Assembly: GCA_022614735.1 (NCBI GenBank)
Contig: JAKEHZ010000041.1
Coordinates: 1 to 53,884, forward strand
Length of the DNA: 53,884 nt
Source of the DNA: Acidobacteriota bacterium
GTDB taxonomy: Bacteria > Acidobacteriota > Blastocatellia > RBC074
Reading direction: 5' to 3'
Shown here: piece by piece, positions 26,165 through 36,060 of the stretch
Position numbering within the stretch: the first letter of the stretch is position 1
Layout: each line of letters starts with the position of its first letter
Notes under the pieces: generated by a model
Told to the model about the DNA's origin: nothing
Database searches by the model: none
The model's input: only the letters and a program-made list of their open reading frames with translations
Program-made: the position numbers and the translations under genes

Positions 26165-27768
26165 TCCCCGCCCTTTTCGTCTTCATCTACCTCGCCATCG
26201 TCATCTACATTGGCGTCTTCGCTTTTCGGCGCAAAATTGGCGAGCATCCGGCCGAAGATTACTTTCTTGCCAATCGATCGCTCGGCCAGGTCGTATTTCT
26301 GCTCTCGCTCTTCGGCACGAATATGACGGCATTTGCGATCCTGGGATCGTCGGGACACGCCTTCACCAACGGCATCGTGACCTATGGCCTCATGGCATCA
26401 TCGTCGGCGCTGATCGTCCCGCTCTCGTTGTTTTTGATTGGCACACGCGTCTGGGCGCTCGGAAAACGCCATGGCTTCATCACGCCAGTGCAGATGTTTC
26501 GTGACCGTTGGGATTGCGGACATATAGGATCAGTGATCTTTGTCGTGCAAGCGGCATTGCTCATACCCTACATCATCATCGGCGTGATGGGTGGCGGGAC
26601 GACCCTTTTTGCAATCAGCGGAGGACGTGTACCTTTCTGGTTGGGTGGCGCGGTCGTGGCGATGGTTGTGATGATTTACGTTTTCTTCGGAGGAATGCGC
26701 GGGACGGCGTGGGTCAATACGTTTCAAACAACGCTATTTTTGCTTTTCGGAGCGATCGCCTTGATCGTAATTGGTGTAGGTATGGGTGGATTCGACAATG
26801 CGATTGAGGGAATGCTCTCTTCGCAATCGACATCTGCCTTGCTCACACGCGAGCGCATTTCGCCGCTCTTCTTCTTCAGCTACACATTCATACCTCTCTC
26901 TTCAATCAACTTCCCGCACATCATCATTTTCTGCCTGACGGCGCGGCGGATCCAGCATTTCAAGCGGACGGTGATTCTTTACCCGTTCTGCATGCTTGCT
27001 ATCTGGTTGCCTGCGGTCTTCCTGGGGGTAATTGCCAACCGCGCTACAAATGTGCCTGCCATTCAAACAAAGCTCGAATCCAGGCAGACATTGACGATGC
27101 AAGCGGCAACGCTCACTCCGGAGCAGAGAAGCGAGTTGCGGGCTAAAGCTGCCGGAGATGACGTCTTGTTGCGATTGCTCGAAAGTTATGCGCCGCTGTG
27201 GCTTGCGGGATTGCTTGGCGCGGGTATTATGGCCGCTGTTATGGCGAGCGATTCACAGATACTCGCGCTTTCGACGATGTTCTCCGAAGACATCTTCACC
27301 TACTACGAAGGGAAAGAGAAATTTGGTGAGATGGCGCAGGTAATTACCGGTCGAATCTTCGTCATCGTCCTCACTCTGATAGCCTATGCCATTGCGCTCG
27401 AATTTCCGCAGCCGATCTTTGATTTAGCCGTGCAATATGCCTTTTCAGGTTACTCCGCGCTCATGCCGCTGCTTGTCGGCGCCCTCTTCTGGAGACGCAG
27501 CACGAAGTGGGGCGCGCTCGCGAGCACTCTCTGGACCGCCGCAAGCGTGATTGCAGTCGCCCTCTTTCAGACCTTCGTGACGACACCGAAAGTCGTCTGG
27601 TCAATAGCCGGTGTGACAGTTCTAGAGCGCACACCGGGAGGCACGGCAGTGTTTGGTTTATTACCTGTTGTGCCGATGGTAATTGTCTCAGCATTATTGA
27701 TGATCGTCGTATCACTGCTGACGAAGAAGCCGAGTGAGAATACGATCAACCGGTACTTTTTCAGATAA
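26161..27768 (+). CDS. Sodium:solute symporter (SSS) family transporter
   Basis: ~13 TM segments with SSS-like organisation, paired with a DUF3311-type small subunit. Confidence 0.85.
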   Translation: MIPALFVFIYLAIVIYIGVFAFRRKIGEHPAEDYFLANRSLGQVVFLLSLFGTNMTAFAILGSSGHAFTNGIVTYGLMASSSALIVPLSLFLIGTRVWALGKRHGFITPVQMFRDRWDCGHIGSVIFVVQAALLIPYIIIGVMGGGTTLFAISGGRVPFWLGGAVVAMVVMIYVFFGGMRGTAWVNTFQTTLFLLFGAIALIVIGVGMGGFDNAIEGMLSSQSTSALLTRERISPLFFFSYTFIPLSSINFPHIIIFCLTARRIQHFKRTVILYPFCMLAIWLPAVFLGVIANRATNVPAIQTKLESRQTLTMQAATLTPEQRSELRAKAAGDDVLLRLLESYAPLWLAGLLGAGIMAAVMASDSQILALSTMFSEDIFTYYEGKEKFGEMAQVITGRIFVIVLTLIAYAIALEFPQPIFDLAVQYAFSGYSALMPLLVGALFWRRSTKWGALASTLWTAASVIAVALFQTFVTTPKVVWSIAGVTVLERTPGGTAVFGLLPVVPMVIVSALLMIVVSLLTKKPSENTINRYFFR

Positions 27769-27781
27769 ACTGAGGATCACC

Positions 27782-29125
27782 ATGCCCAACACCTCAACAA
27801 TCGAAACCGCACCACGCCTCACAAAAGTCCAATGGTTGATCTGCATCATCGCGGCCATTGGTTTCGCTTTTGATATCTATGAATTGCTCATGTTGCCGTT
27901 GATACTGCCTCCTGCGCTGAGAGATTTGGCCGGGATACAACTTGGCAACCCTCAGTTCGCCTACTGGCGTGATCTGATGTTTTACCTGCCGGCCTTTTGC
28001 GGAGGCATCTTCGGTCTGCTCGGCGGGTATTTGACGGATCGTCTCGGACGGCGTCGCGTCCTGGTCTTCAGCATTTTGCTCTATGCTTTTTCCGCTTTGG
28101 CCGCCGGATTCGCCACATCCCTCCCCATGCTTCTTTTCCTTCGCTGCACGACCTTCATCGGCGTCTGCGTTGAATTCGTGGCGGCAGTGGCCTGGCTGGC
28201 AGAGCTGTTTCCAAATCCCAAACAACGCGAATCCGTGCTTGGTTACACACAGGCTTTCTCATCGCTCGGTGGCCTGATGGTGAGCGGAGTTTTCGTCTTA
28301 ATCAGTAAATATGGCAGCCACCTCCCGGCAATTTACGGTGCGCACGCCGAGTGGCGTTACACGCTGATTTCAGGTGTTATCCCCGCCATTCCGCTGATTG
28401 TGATTCGCCCCTTCCTGCCTGAATCTCCCGCGTGGCAGGAGAAGAAGATGGCCGGGACACTGAAGCGCCCGAGCCTGGCGGAAATATTCAGTCCGGAACT
28501 GCGTAAGACGACCATCATTACGACTCTCATGTTCGCCTGCAGTTATGGCGCCGCATTCGGTGCGATTCAACAACTGCCGCAGATTGTACCCGGGCTTCCC
28601 GAATTGAGAGGATTGCCGCGGCAGGTGGTGCAGCCGATTGTCGGCACAGTGCAAATGATCCAGGAGATAGGAGGTCTCACCGGACGCTTCCTTCTGGCTT
28701 TTCTTGTAATTCGTATTCTTTCGCGGAGGAAACTGCTACGAGTTTTCCAGGTCCCGGGACTGCTGATCATGCCACTTGTCTTTATTTTCCCGGCGACGAG
28801 CAATCTCGATCTGCTTAAGTGGGGGATCTTCTTTTGCGGCCTGCTGACCGTGGCACAATTCAGCTTTTGGGGAAACTACTTGCCGCGCGTCTACCCCACG
28901 CATCTGCGCGGCACTGGTGAAGGTTTTGCGGCAAACATCGGCGGACGAATGATCGGGACTTCCGCTGCATTGCTGACGACACAGGTTACGGCTCTTATGC
29001 CGGGCGAATTACCGGCAATTAAACTGGCTTATGCAGCCGCTGCGGTGGCGTTACTGGTTTATGCCGGCGGTTTGATTCTGAGCTTCTTCCTGCCCGAGCC
29101 AAAGCAGGAGGCATTACCGGAGTGA
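27782..29125 (+). CDS. MFS transporter
   Basis: 12-TM pattern, GYLTDRLGRRRV loop 2-3 motif. ATG 27782 chosen. Confidence 0.82.
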   Translation: MPNTSTIETAPRLTKVQWLICIIAAIGFAFDIYELLMLPLILPPALRDLAGIQLGNPQFAYWRDLMFYLPAFCGGIFGLLGGYLTDRLGRRRVLVFSILLYAFSALAAGFATSLPMLLFLRCTTFIGVCVEFVAAVAWLAELFPNPKQRESVLGYTQAFSSLGGLMVSGVFVLISKYGSHLPAIYGAHAEWRYTLISGVIPAIPLIVIRPFLPESPAWQEKKMAGTLKRPSLAEIFSPELRKTTIITTLMFACSYGAAFGAIQQLPQIVPGLPELRGLPRQVVQPIVGTVQMIQEIGGLTGRFLLAFLVIRILSRRKLLRVFQVPGLLIMPLVFIFPATSNLDLLKWGIFFCGLLTVAQFSFWGNYLPRVYPTHLRGTGEGFAANIGGRMIGTSAALLTTQVTALMPGELPAIKLAYAAAAVALLVYAGGLILSFFLPEPKQEALPE

Positions 29126-29240
29126 GAGTGATCAGAACTCCGCTGAGCGAATCGCTTGATTTCAAATGTAGAGAGGCTTTAGGATGGGATCGGTTTTGTC
29201 GGTCAATAAACCAAAATCAAATAAAATCGATTCCATGCGT

Positions 29241-29315
29241 TAGACAGGATTTACAGGATTTATCAGGATTCAACCCGATTCCCGAAATCCTGATAAATCT
29301 TGTAAATCCTGTCTA
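29241..29315. repeat. Locus-specific hairpin: 30-bp arms (1 G:T position) made entirely of ACAGGATTT-type 9-10-nt units
   Basis: TAGACAGGATTTACAGGATTTATCAGGATT pairs with AATCCTGATAAATCTTGTAAATCCTGTCTA. Confidence 0.9.
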
Positions 29316-29361
29316 TATTCTAAGGAGTCGGTGATGTCGCTTTGCGACGGATAGAAACATT

Positions 29362-29459
29362 GAAAAAGATCAACCGCCAAGACGCCAAGAGCGCCAAGAT
29401 GGCAGCAGGAAGGCGGCAAGACCTTGGCGCTCTTGGCGTCTTGGCGGTTGATCTTTTTC
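29362..29459. repeat. Locus-specific perfect hairpin: 37-bp arms, 24-nt loop, CGCCAAGA 9-nt units
   Basis: 29362-29398 is the exact reverse complement of 29423-29459. Confidence 0.92.
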
Positions 29460-29482
29460 TGAGGAGTAAAAGGAAGACACCA

Positions 29483-29854
29483 ATGAAGAAACCACTCTCT
29501 CTCGTTATAGTTTTGATCGCTCTCGCAACATTCCTCTCTGTAGCCTGGCGCGAATCAGATGCATCGGTTCAGACAGGCAAGAGTAAAGGTGGAGGGGTTG
29601 TTGCGTCCTATAAACAACATTGCGCAAAGTGTCACGCCGATGATGGCAAAGGTATTGAAAGCCTCCAACCGCCCGATTTCACCGATGGGAAATGGCAAGC
29701 GGACAATACCGATAAAATGATTGCCGATGGGATACGCAATGGCAAAGGCGTAATGCCGGGATTCAAAGAGACAATGTCACCGGCTCAGGTCAATTCAATG
29801 GTGAAGTTTGTGCGCGCCTTCGGACCGAAGGCAGCAAAAAGCGAGAAGAAGTAG
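29483..29854 (+). CDS. Secreted class I c-type cytochrome
   Basis: Signal peptide, CAKCH heme-binding site, downstream GKGVMPGF (Met ligand region). AAGGAAG RBS. Confidence 0.85.
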   Translation: MKKPLSLVIVLIALATFLSVAWRESDASVQTGKSKGGGVVASYKQHCAKCHADDGKGIESLQPPDFTDGKWQADNTDKMIADGIRNGKGVMPGFKETMSPAQVNSMVKFVRAFGPKAAKSEKK

Positions 29855-29880
29855 GGCTTAGCGAGTTTCGTGTCTGTTTG

Positions 29881-29926
29881 GGCGAGTGATGAGCGTGATA
29901 GCTAACCACTCGCCATTTTCATTTTT
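29881..29926 (+). terminator. Candidate intrinsic terminator of the cytochrome c gene
   Basis: GGCGAGTG-N18-CACTCGCC stem followed by ATTTTCATTTTT. Confidence 0.45.
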
Positions 29927-29928
29927 GT

Positions 29929-30603
29929 TCACTGTTTGATCGATTTAAGAAGAGACTGGAAGTCAGCCTCTGCATCCGCCACGGTCTTTAACGGTCCGGT
30001 GAGTTTAAAAAAGACTTCGCCCTGCGGAGTCTTGACAATTGCACCGAGCAGACGATAGCCGGGTTTCTTAGTCGCCGCCTGTCCCATTGCCATTCCACCT
30101 GAAAAAGTCCCTGTCAAATCGACGGTCGTCACCGGGAATCCGCTGATCGTCTCATTCTTCTGCCTGGCCTTTGCTTCGGAAGAACTACCATCGGGTTGTT
30201 CAAACTGGCCAATCCAGCGTTTGATGTTCGCATCAACGCCTCCGCCGATGTTTAGAAACACAGCGCATTCGGCGCCTTCGCTGTCGCCCTGGGCAGCCGG
30301 TATAAGATAGGTCGCGGCGCGCATAGGCCTTTCAGGACCGGCTTTCCAGCGGGAAGGTGTAGTCCATTTGACTCCACCCGAACTATCACCCTGTCTGCTC
30401 GGAGCAGAGGACGAGGTGGATGAAACAGCCCCGGTTGCCAAAGAAGTGGGAGTTGAAGCGGTCGAGGCTGTGCTTTGTGATTGGGGTGATGATTGGCCTG
30501 GCGTAACCTCTTTCGGCGGCGCAGCACAGGTAGCAAGAAATAATGAGGCAGAAAATATAATAGCTGATGCGCATTGCCGGGTCAGCACACGGTTAAAACT
30601 CAT
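29929..30603 (-). CDS. Lipoprotein with a Ser/Thr/Pro-rich linker (hypothetical)
   Basis: Lipobox-like LATC after a signal sequence, a low-complexity STAS-rich region, then a globular C-terminal half. Confidence 0.55.
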   Translation of the reverse strand: MSFNRVLTRQCASAIIFSASLFLATCAAPPKEVTPGQSSPQSQSTASTASTPTSLATGAVSSTSSSAPSRQGDSSGGVKWTTPSRWKAGPERPMRAATYLIPAAQGDSEGAECAVFLNIGGGVDANIKRWIGQFEQPDGSSSEAKARQKNETISGFPVTTVDLTGTFSGGMAMGQAATKKPGYRLLGAIVKTPQGEVFFKLTGPLKTVADAEADFQSLLKSIKQ

Positions 30604-30660
30604 ATAAAACTCCTTTTGGATAATTCTAGTATTAACGAAGTTTGTGGTTCACAAGTCTCA

Positions 30661-30753
30661 AGAGAAAACGGAACAAACGGAAATAACGGAACAAACGGAA
30701 AATCGTTGAAAATTTCCGTTTGTTCCGTTATTTCCGTTTGTTCCGTTTTCTCT
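30661..30753. repeat. Family B hairpin: 41-bp perfect arms of ACGGAACAA/ACGGAAATA 9-mers
   Basis: 30661-30701 is the exact reverse complement of 30713-30753. It lies 17 nt 3' of the nucleoside-transporter stop. Confidence 0.92.
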
Positions 30754-30770
30754 CTGGCAAGATATATAGA

Positions 30771-31982
30771 TTACCTCACCGGTTGAGCTTCGACTTTGCT
30801 CCAGGTTCGCTCGCGGAAGGTCAGCGTGAATACGACTGCGCAGAGCAACGTCAGCACAAGCGGAACCATGAATACCATGGTGTAATTTACCTCGGCACCG
30901 GTCGTAAAGACATCTTTGATGTAGCCCGCAAAGAGGCTGCCGATGTACAGGCCTGCGCCGAGCGTGACGAAGGTGATCAAACCTTGCGCAGATGCCCGAA
31001 TGTCTGCTCCCGCGACTTCATTGACATAAATCTGTGAGACGGTGAAGAAGCAGACATAGCACAGACCGTGCAGCGCAAGCGATGCGATAACCAGAGCGCG
31101 CGGCTGTCCGTAAGCGAAAACCGCGTAACGAAGCGGCCACGCAAGAATTCCGATTACCATTGTTTTGCGGATGCCCCATTTCGCCAGCATGAGTGGGAGG
31201 GCAAGCATGGTACCGATCTCGGCGATCTGCGCGATGGTCATAATCATCGGCATTCCCTCATCGCTCACACCGACGGTTTTAAGGAAAGGCGCAGTCAGCA
31301 CATAGTAGAACTGCAGCTCGGTCGAAACGACAAATGAGATGATGATGAAGATGGCGAATTGCGGATCTTTCAGCAGCTTGAACGCGGAGAGGAAGGCCCA
31401 TGGGTTGTCACCAGTCTTAGCGGGCGGAGTGTGTGGTAGGGCAAGTGAAAATGCCGCCAGCACAAATGACAGCGCTGCCCCGAGCCATAAACTGTCTGCG
31501 CCGCCAAAACTGGTGATCAAACCCGATGAGCGCAAACCGGTCAATCCCCATCCGACTGCAATCCATCCTATCGTTCCCCAGACACGGACCAGACCGAACT
31601 GTTTCTCGGCTTCGGGCAGATGATGGAAGCAGAGTGAGTTGGTCAATGCGAGCGTCGGAGCATAAACGATTGACCACGCGAGGATGAGCGGCCACATTTT
31701 GCCATAATCAGTGATACTTGCCGCGAACAGTAAGACTATGCCTCCGAGCAGATGTAGAACCGCCAGCAATTTTTCGGTCGAGAAGTATCGATCAGCCAGT
31801 TGCCCTGCAGTAAACGGGGCAAGCATGCAAGCCACAGGCAGCAGGCTGTAGATCACGCCGATTTGCGTCCCGCTATATCCCAGTTGTTCGAGGTATGAGG
31901 AAAATACCGGATTCCACGCGCCCCAGATTGAGTACTGAAGAAACATCATGACACTAAGCCGCCAGCGTAGACCTTGATTCAT
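30771..31982 (-). CDS. MFS nucleoside:H+ symporter family (NupG/XapB-like) transporter
   Basis: N-terminus LSVMMFLQYSIWGAWNPVFSSYL and overall NHS-like pattern. ATG 31982 is preceded by AAGGAGAG. Confidence 0.78.
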   Translation of the reverse strand: MNQGLRWRLSVMMFLQYSIWGAWNPVFSSYLEQLGYSGTQIGVIYSLLPVACMLAPFTAGQLADRYFSTEKLLAVLHLLGGIVLLFAASITDYGKMWPLILAWSIVYAPTLALTNSLCFHHLPEAEKQFGLVRVWGTIGWIAVGWGLTGLRSSGLITSFGGADSLWLGAALSFVLAAFSLALPHTPPAKTGDNPWAFLSAFKLLKDPQFAIFIIISFVVSTELQFYYVLTAPFLKTVGVSDEGMPMIMTIAQIAEIGTMLALPLMLAKWGIRKTMVIGILAWPLRYAVFAYGQPRALVIASLALHGLCYVCFFTVSQIYVNEVAGADIRASAQGLITFVTLGAGLYIGSLFAGYIKDVFTTGAEVNYTMVFMVPLVLTLLCAVVFTLTFRERTWSKVEAQPVR

Positions 31983-32005
31983 AGCGATGTTCTCTCCTTG
32001 AAAAT

Positions 32006-32077
32006 GCAACCTTTCCAGGTTGCTGGTGACTCACTATTCTGACCCTTGCGGAAACTACAGCAACCTGGAAAGGTTAC
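32006..32077. promoter_or_regulatory. 18-20-bp inverted repeat (each arm itself palindromic, AACCT-TTCC-AGGTT) in the transporter 5' region
   Basis: AACCTTTCCAGGTTGCTG (32008-32025) pairs with CAGCAACCTGGAAAGGTT (32058-32075). It lies in the divergent transporter / ROK-deoC control region. Confidence 0.5.
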
Positions 32078-32362
32078 TGTACATTGCACCGCGAATTTCG
32101 TTGTCTCAGGGGGTCGTCTGAGACGACATTGATGATTCCTTAGAAAATGAGAAGGAAATGCAAACGGCTTTGATTCTACCTGAGTCACGGGATCAAGAAA
32201 ATGTTTTGCCCGCGGTTAATGCGAATTGACACTCATTTCAACCTGTCCGCATAGCCGGGGTGTCTCGCGGGAAATTTTTAGATCCTTGCCAACTGAAGGC
32301 GGATTGGGTAAAAGCTGTATAAATTTCACACAAAACACGATCCGAAACTTCAAATAGGATTT

Positions 32363-33343
32363 ATGTCAGACAAAAACAATTACATCGGAATAGATATTGG
32401 CGGCACAAATATCAAAGCCGCATTAGTTAACACAGACACAGGGGAGATAGCTGCCACGCGTTCGACCCCCACGCAGGCGCGTGAGGGGCACGATGCAGTT
32501 ATCGCGCAGATGGCGGTGTTGGTCCAAGAGATCATTATCACAAGTCAGTTGTCGAAGGATGGAGTCGGTGGAATTGGTGTGGGGTTACCGGGCTCACTTG
32601 ATAACGAAAAAGGAACGACGATCTTCTTGCCGAACCTGCCGGGCAATTGGCGCAATGTTCCGGTGCGAGATCTTTTGTCAAAGCTGGCAAATTTGCCGGT
32701 TGCTTTGATCAACGACGCGCGAGCGATGACTTTGGGCGAATGGAAATTCGGCGCGGGTCGCGGGGTTGATACTGCCTGTTACACGCTCGGTACGGGTATC
32801 GGTGGGGGACTCGTTATCAATGGCAGATTACATCTTGGGCCGAGCGGCGCGGCTGGAGAGCTCGGACACATCAGTGTTGACGTAAACGGGCCGCCGTGCG
32901 GATGCGGCAGCCGCGGATGCATTGAAGCTTTTGCCTCAGGCCCTGCTATCGCAGCAATGGGAATGAAAGCTGTGGTGCAAGGCCGCAACACGATCATAGC
33001 TAAATTAGCCGGATATGACCTCAATCGCATTACACCTGAGTTGATCTGCGACGCGGCAGAATCGGGTGATGAGGTTGCGCGTGAGATATATGAATTCGCC
33101 GGGATGATCATCGGCGCAGGTGTCGCCAACATTGTTACAGCCGTTAATCCGCGTCGTGTCGTGATTGGCGGCGGTATTGCGGCCGCGGGAGAGCTGATCC
33201 TCGATCCGATTCGCCGATCGATGCAGGAGCGCGTCTTTTTGACTGATGCCAATCGCGTTGAAGTCGTCCAGGCTCAACTCGGCAACAACGCCGGATTGAT
33301 CGGCGCCGCAGTATGGGCAAGACAACACGTTACGCGCGAATGA
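32363..33343 (+). CDS. ROK family sugar kinase
   Basis: [14 protein letters not shown] motif, [15 protein letters not shown] zinc motif. Confidence 0.88.
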   Translation: MSDKNNYIGIDIGGTNIKAALVNTDTGEIAATRSTPTQAREGHDAVIAQMAVLVQEIIITSQLSKDGVGGIGVGLPGSLDNEKGTTIFLPNLPGNWRNVPVRDLLSKLANLPVALINDARAMTLGEWKFGAGRGVDTACYTLGTGIGGGLVINGRLHLGPSGAAGELGHISVDVNGPPCGCGSRGCIEAFASGPAIAAMGMKAVVQGRNTIIAKLAGYDLNRITPELICDAAESGDEVAREIYEFAGMIIGAGVANIVTAVNPRRVVIGGGIAAAGELILDPIRRSMQERVFLTDANRVEVVQAQLGNNAGLIGAAVWARQHVTRE

Positions 33344-33358
33344 CCGAAACGGTAATTT

Positions 33359-34102
33359 ATGAAACTCAACAGCCAGACCATCACGCTTGAACAATTCGCG
33401 AAAACGATTGACCATTCGCTGCTTAAACCCGAACTGACTGAGGAAGAGCTGGTTGCAGGATGCGAACTGGCCCATCGCTATCACGTGGCTTCGGTCTGCG
33501 TGAAACCCTATCACGTCAAACTTGCCGCAAAAATTTTAGCCAATTCCGATGTGCTGGTGAGTACGGTCGTCGGGTTCCCTCACGGCAACTCGGCAACGGA
33601 GACGAAGATCGTCGAAGCGAGAAGGGCATTGGAGGAGGGGGCTGTCGAGCTCGATATGGTAATCAACATTGGCGAGATGCGGTCGGGCCATGACGAATAT
33701 GTTCACGATGAAGTCAAAGCAGTCTGCGATCTGGCGCATGCTCACAATGCGAGGGTAAAGGTTATTCTCGAAAACGCTTATCTGACCGATGAACAAAAGA
33801 TCGCCGCGTGTATTCTGTGTGACGAGGCAGGAGCGGATTGGGTCAAGACCTCCACTGGATTCGCGCCAACGGGTGCGACCGCCGCAGACATCAAATTGAT
33901 GCGCGCGAATGTCGGCGATCGGGTTCAGGTCAAAGCCGCACACGGTGTCAGGACTCTGGCTGCCGCCCTGGAGATGATTGATGCAGGCGTCACAAGAATT
34001 GGCGCCACAGCGACGGCTCTGATGATCGAAGATTTCAAGAAGTGGAAAGATGGTGAGTTGAGACAGGTGGAGAAGAGCAGCGAATCGACGTCAGGTTATT
34101 GA
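33359..34102 (+). CDS. deoC: Deoxyribose-phosphate aldolase
   Basis: IDHSLLKPE, ASVCVKP, DWVKTSTGF (Schiff-base Lys) motifs. Confidence 0.9.
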   Translation: MKLNSQTITLEQFAKTIDHSLLKPELTEEELVAGCELAHRYHVASVCVKPYHVKLAAKILANSDVLVSTVVGFPHGNSATETKIVEARRALEEGAVELDMVINIGEMRSGHDEYVHDEVKAVCDLAHAHNARVKVILENAYLTDEQKIAACILCDEAGADWVKTSTGFAPTGATAADIKLMRANVGDRVQVKAAHGVRTLAAALEMIDAGVTRIGATATALMIEDFKKWKDGELRQVEKSSESTSGY

Positions 34103-34114
34103 GTGCGGGATATT

Positions 34115-35296
34115 TCACTGCAGATAACGATTGATATCTTCCGAAAAGCGGTGGACTGATGCGTAGCGACGGTCGGGTTGTTTTTGCAGCGCCTGCATCA
34201 CGATGTCATCGATGCCGGCTGCCAACTCTCGCTTTAAACTCTCAGGCGATGAACTGCGGTCTCGGCCGACTGTCTCCGGAGTCAAAACGATTATTTTTTG
34301 GCCGTCAATTGAGAGCGTTTCTTCTATCCGATCGATGACGATGCTGGGCAGTTCGGGCTTTTCTTCGCTGATGATACGCGCGACTTCATGCGGCAGAAGG
34401 TTTCGCAGGTGGTATGGGCGATGGGCAGTCAGCAACATGTAGAGTAGCACGCCAAGGCTGTATTGATCGGTAGCCGGTGTGAGGGGATCGCCATTGGCCT
34501 GTTCGGGGCTGGCGTAATCGGGCGTCATTAGCCGCATGGCTGTCACGGTCGGATCAAGAGCATCGTAGGCCAGGTCGGGGTCGAGTATTTTGGCGATGCC
34601 GAAATCGAGAAGCTTTGGTATCCCATCACCGGTCACCAGAATGTTGCCCGGTTTGATATCTCGGTGGATGATTTGGTGCTCATGAGCGTATTGGACAGCG
34701 GCGCACACCTGACGGAAGAGCTTGAGTCTTTCGATAATGGGGAGTCGAAGAGTGTCGCAGTAACGGTTAATAGGGAGACCTTCGATGTGCTCCATCACGA
34801 AGTAAGGGAGGCCGTCTTCGGTTGTTCCGCCGTCGAGCAAACGCGCGATATTAGGATGGTTGAAACTGGCGAGAATCTGCCGCTCATTTTTGAAGCGTCG
34901 GATGATGAAATCGGTCTCCATCCCACGCTTGACCACCTTGATGGCTGCGCGCTGACCGAATTGACGATCTGAGCGAATGCCGAGATAGACCGATCCCATA
35001 CCGCCGCGTCCGATCTCACGCACAAGCTGGTAGACGCCAATGCGGCGGCGGAAGAATTGGACACCGGCTTCACCCATTGGTTCTGTCTGCGTCTGTTCAG
35101 TTTGAGAGATCTGAATTGCAGCAGAGGTGATGAAGCCTTCAGCCCTTTCATCACAGTTGAGCAGGTGTTCGACCTGCTCGCGCAGTTCCGCATCATTGCC
35201 GCACGCCCCGCCAAGAAATGCCGCCCTCTCGTTCGGCGGGAGATCAATCGCGGAATAGAAAATCTCTTCTACTAATTTCCATCTTTCAGGAGTCAT
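34115..35296 (-). CDS. Ser/Thr protein kinase with an N-terminal sigma-associated region
   Basis: GRGGMGSVY glycine loop, AIKV Lys, HRDIKPGNIL catalytic loop, DFGIAK, SPEQ. The MTPERWKLVEEIF N-terminus is typical of ECF-linked kinases. Confidence 0.88.
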   Translation of the reverse strand: MTPERWKLVEEIFYSAIDLPPNERAAFLGGACGNDAELREQVEHLLNCDERAEGFITSAAIQISQTEQTQTEPMGEAGVQFFRRRIGVYQLVREIGRGGMGSVYLGIRSDRQFGQRAAIKVVKRGMETDFIIRRFKNERQILASFNHPNIARLLDGGTTEDGLPYFVMEHIEGLPINRYCDTLRLPIIERLKLFRQVCAAVQYAHEHQIIHRDIKPGNILVTGDGIPKLLDFGIAKILDPDLAYDALDPTVTAMRLMTPDYASPEQANGDPLTPATDQYSLGVLLYMLLTAHRPYHLRNLLPHEVARIISEEKPELPSIVIDRIEETLSIDGQKIIVLTPETVGRDRSSSPESLKRELAAGIDDIVMQALQKQPDRRYASVHRFSEDINRYLQ

Positions 35297-35313
35297 CTGG
35301 TGCGGCGGACATT

Positions 35314-35880
35314 CTACTGCATTTTGCCGAGTTCGCTGTAAAGCCAGGCTCTCGCCAGGCGCCATTGCCGAACCACCGTGGCTCTGCTGACGCCGAGTGC
35401 CTCCGCTATCTCTTCCAACGAAAGACCGCCAAAATATTTGAGTTCGACGATGCGGCTTTTTTGTGGATCCAGTTCAGCCAGTGACTTGAGTGCATCATCG
35501 AGTGCGATTAATTCATTTGCGCGCTCGCCGGACAGATCCAGTCCTTCATCGAAAGAGATTTTGGTCTCGCTGCCCCCGCGTTTCTCCGACTGGAAGCTGC
35601 GCGCGTGATCAACGAGGATGCGCCGCATCGCCTGGGCCGCAACGCCGAAGAAGTGCGCGCGGTTTTGCCAGCGGACGTGTTTTTGATCGATCAGCTTGAG
35701 GTAGGCCTCGTGCACCAGCGCGGTCGGCTGCAGGGTGTGGCCGGAGCGCTCGCGCCGCAGATATCTCTCCGCAAGTCGTTTCAGTTCCCGATAGACCAAC
35801 GGCAGGAGTTTATCGAGCGCTTCACGCTCCCCGTCACTCCAGGCCAGCAGCAGTTGGGTTATCTCCGTGGAAGTCTTCAT
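35314..35880 (-). CDS. ECF-type sigma-70 family sigma factor (TIGR02999/PF07638-like)
   Basis: ITQLLLAWSDGEREALDKLLPLVYRELKRLA N-terminus. C-terminal region 4 has LSLEEIAEALGVSRATVVRQWR. Confidence 0.88.
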   Translation of the reverse strand: MKTSTEITQLLLAWSDGEREALDKLLPLVYRELKRLAERYLRRERSGHTLQPTALVHEAYLKLIDQKHVRWQNRAHFFGVAAQAMRRILVDHARSFQSEKRGGSETKISFDEGLDLSGERANELIALDDALKSLAELDPQKSRIVELKYFGGLSLEEIAEALGVSRATVVRQWRLARAWLYSELGKMQ

Positions 35881-35956
35881 GCTATTGGGAAACCGAATCA
35901 GACGATAACGGTAGTGAGGCTGGAAGAATAGAAACTACTCAGGTTCTAGTCAAGGT

Positions 35957-36015
35957 ATCATTTTTCATTTGTCATTGATGAAGCCCCGCTTCATCAATGA
36001 CAAATGAAAAATGAT
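35957..36015. repeat. Locus-specific perfect hairpin: 27-bp stem, CCCCG loop, CATTTNT 7-nt units
   Basis: 35957-35983 is the exact reverse complement of 35989-36015. It lies 45 nt 3' of the histidine-kinase stop. Confidence 0.92.
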
Positions 36016-36060
36016 ATATGGAAAATGGAAAATGTTTTTCTTGAGAGCTTGGTTTTCTGA

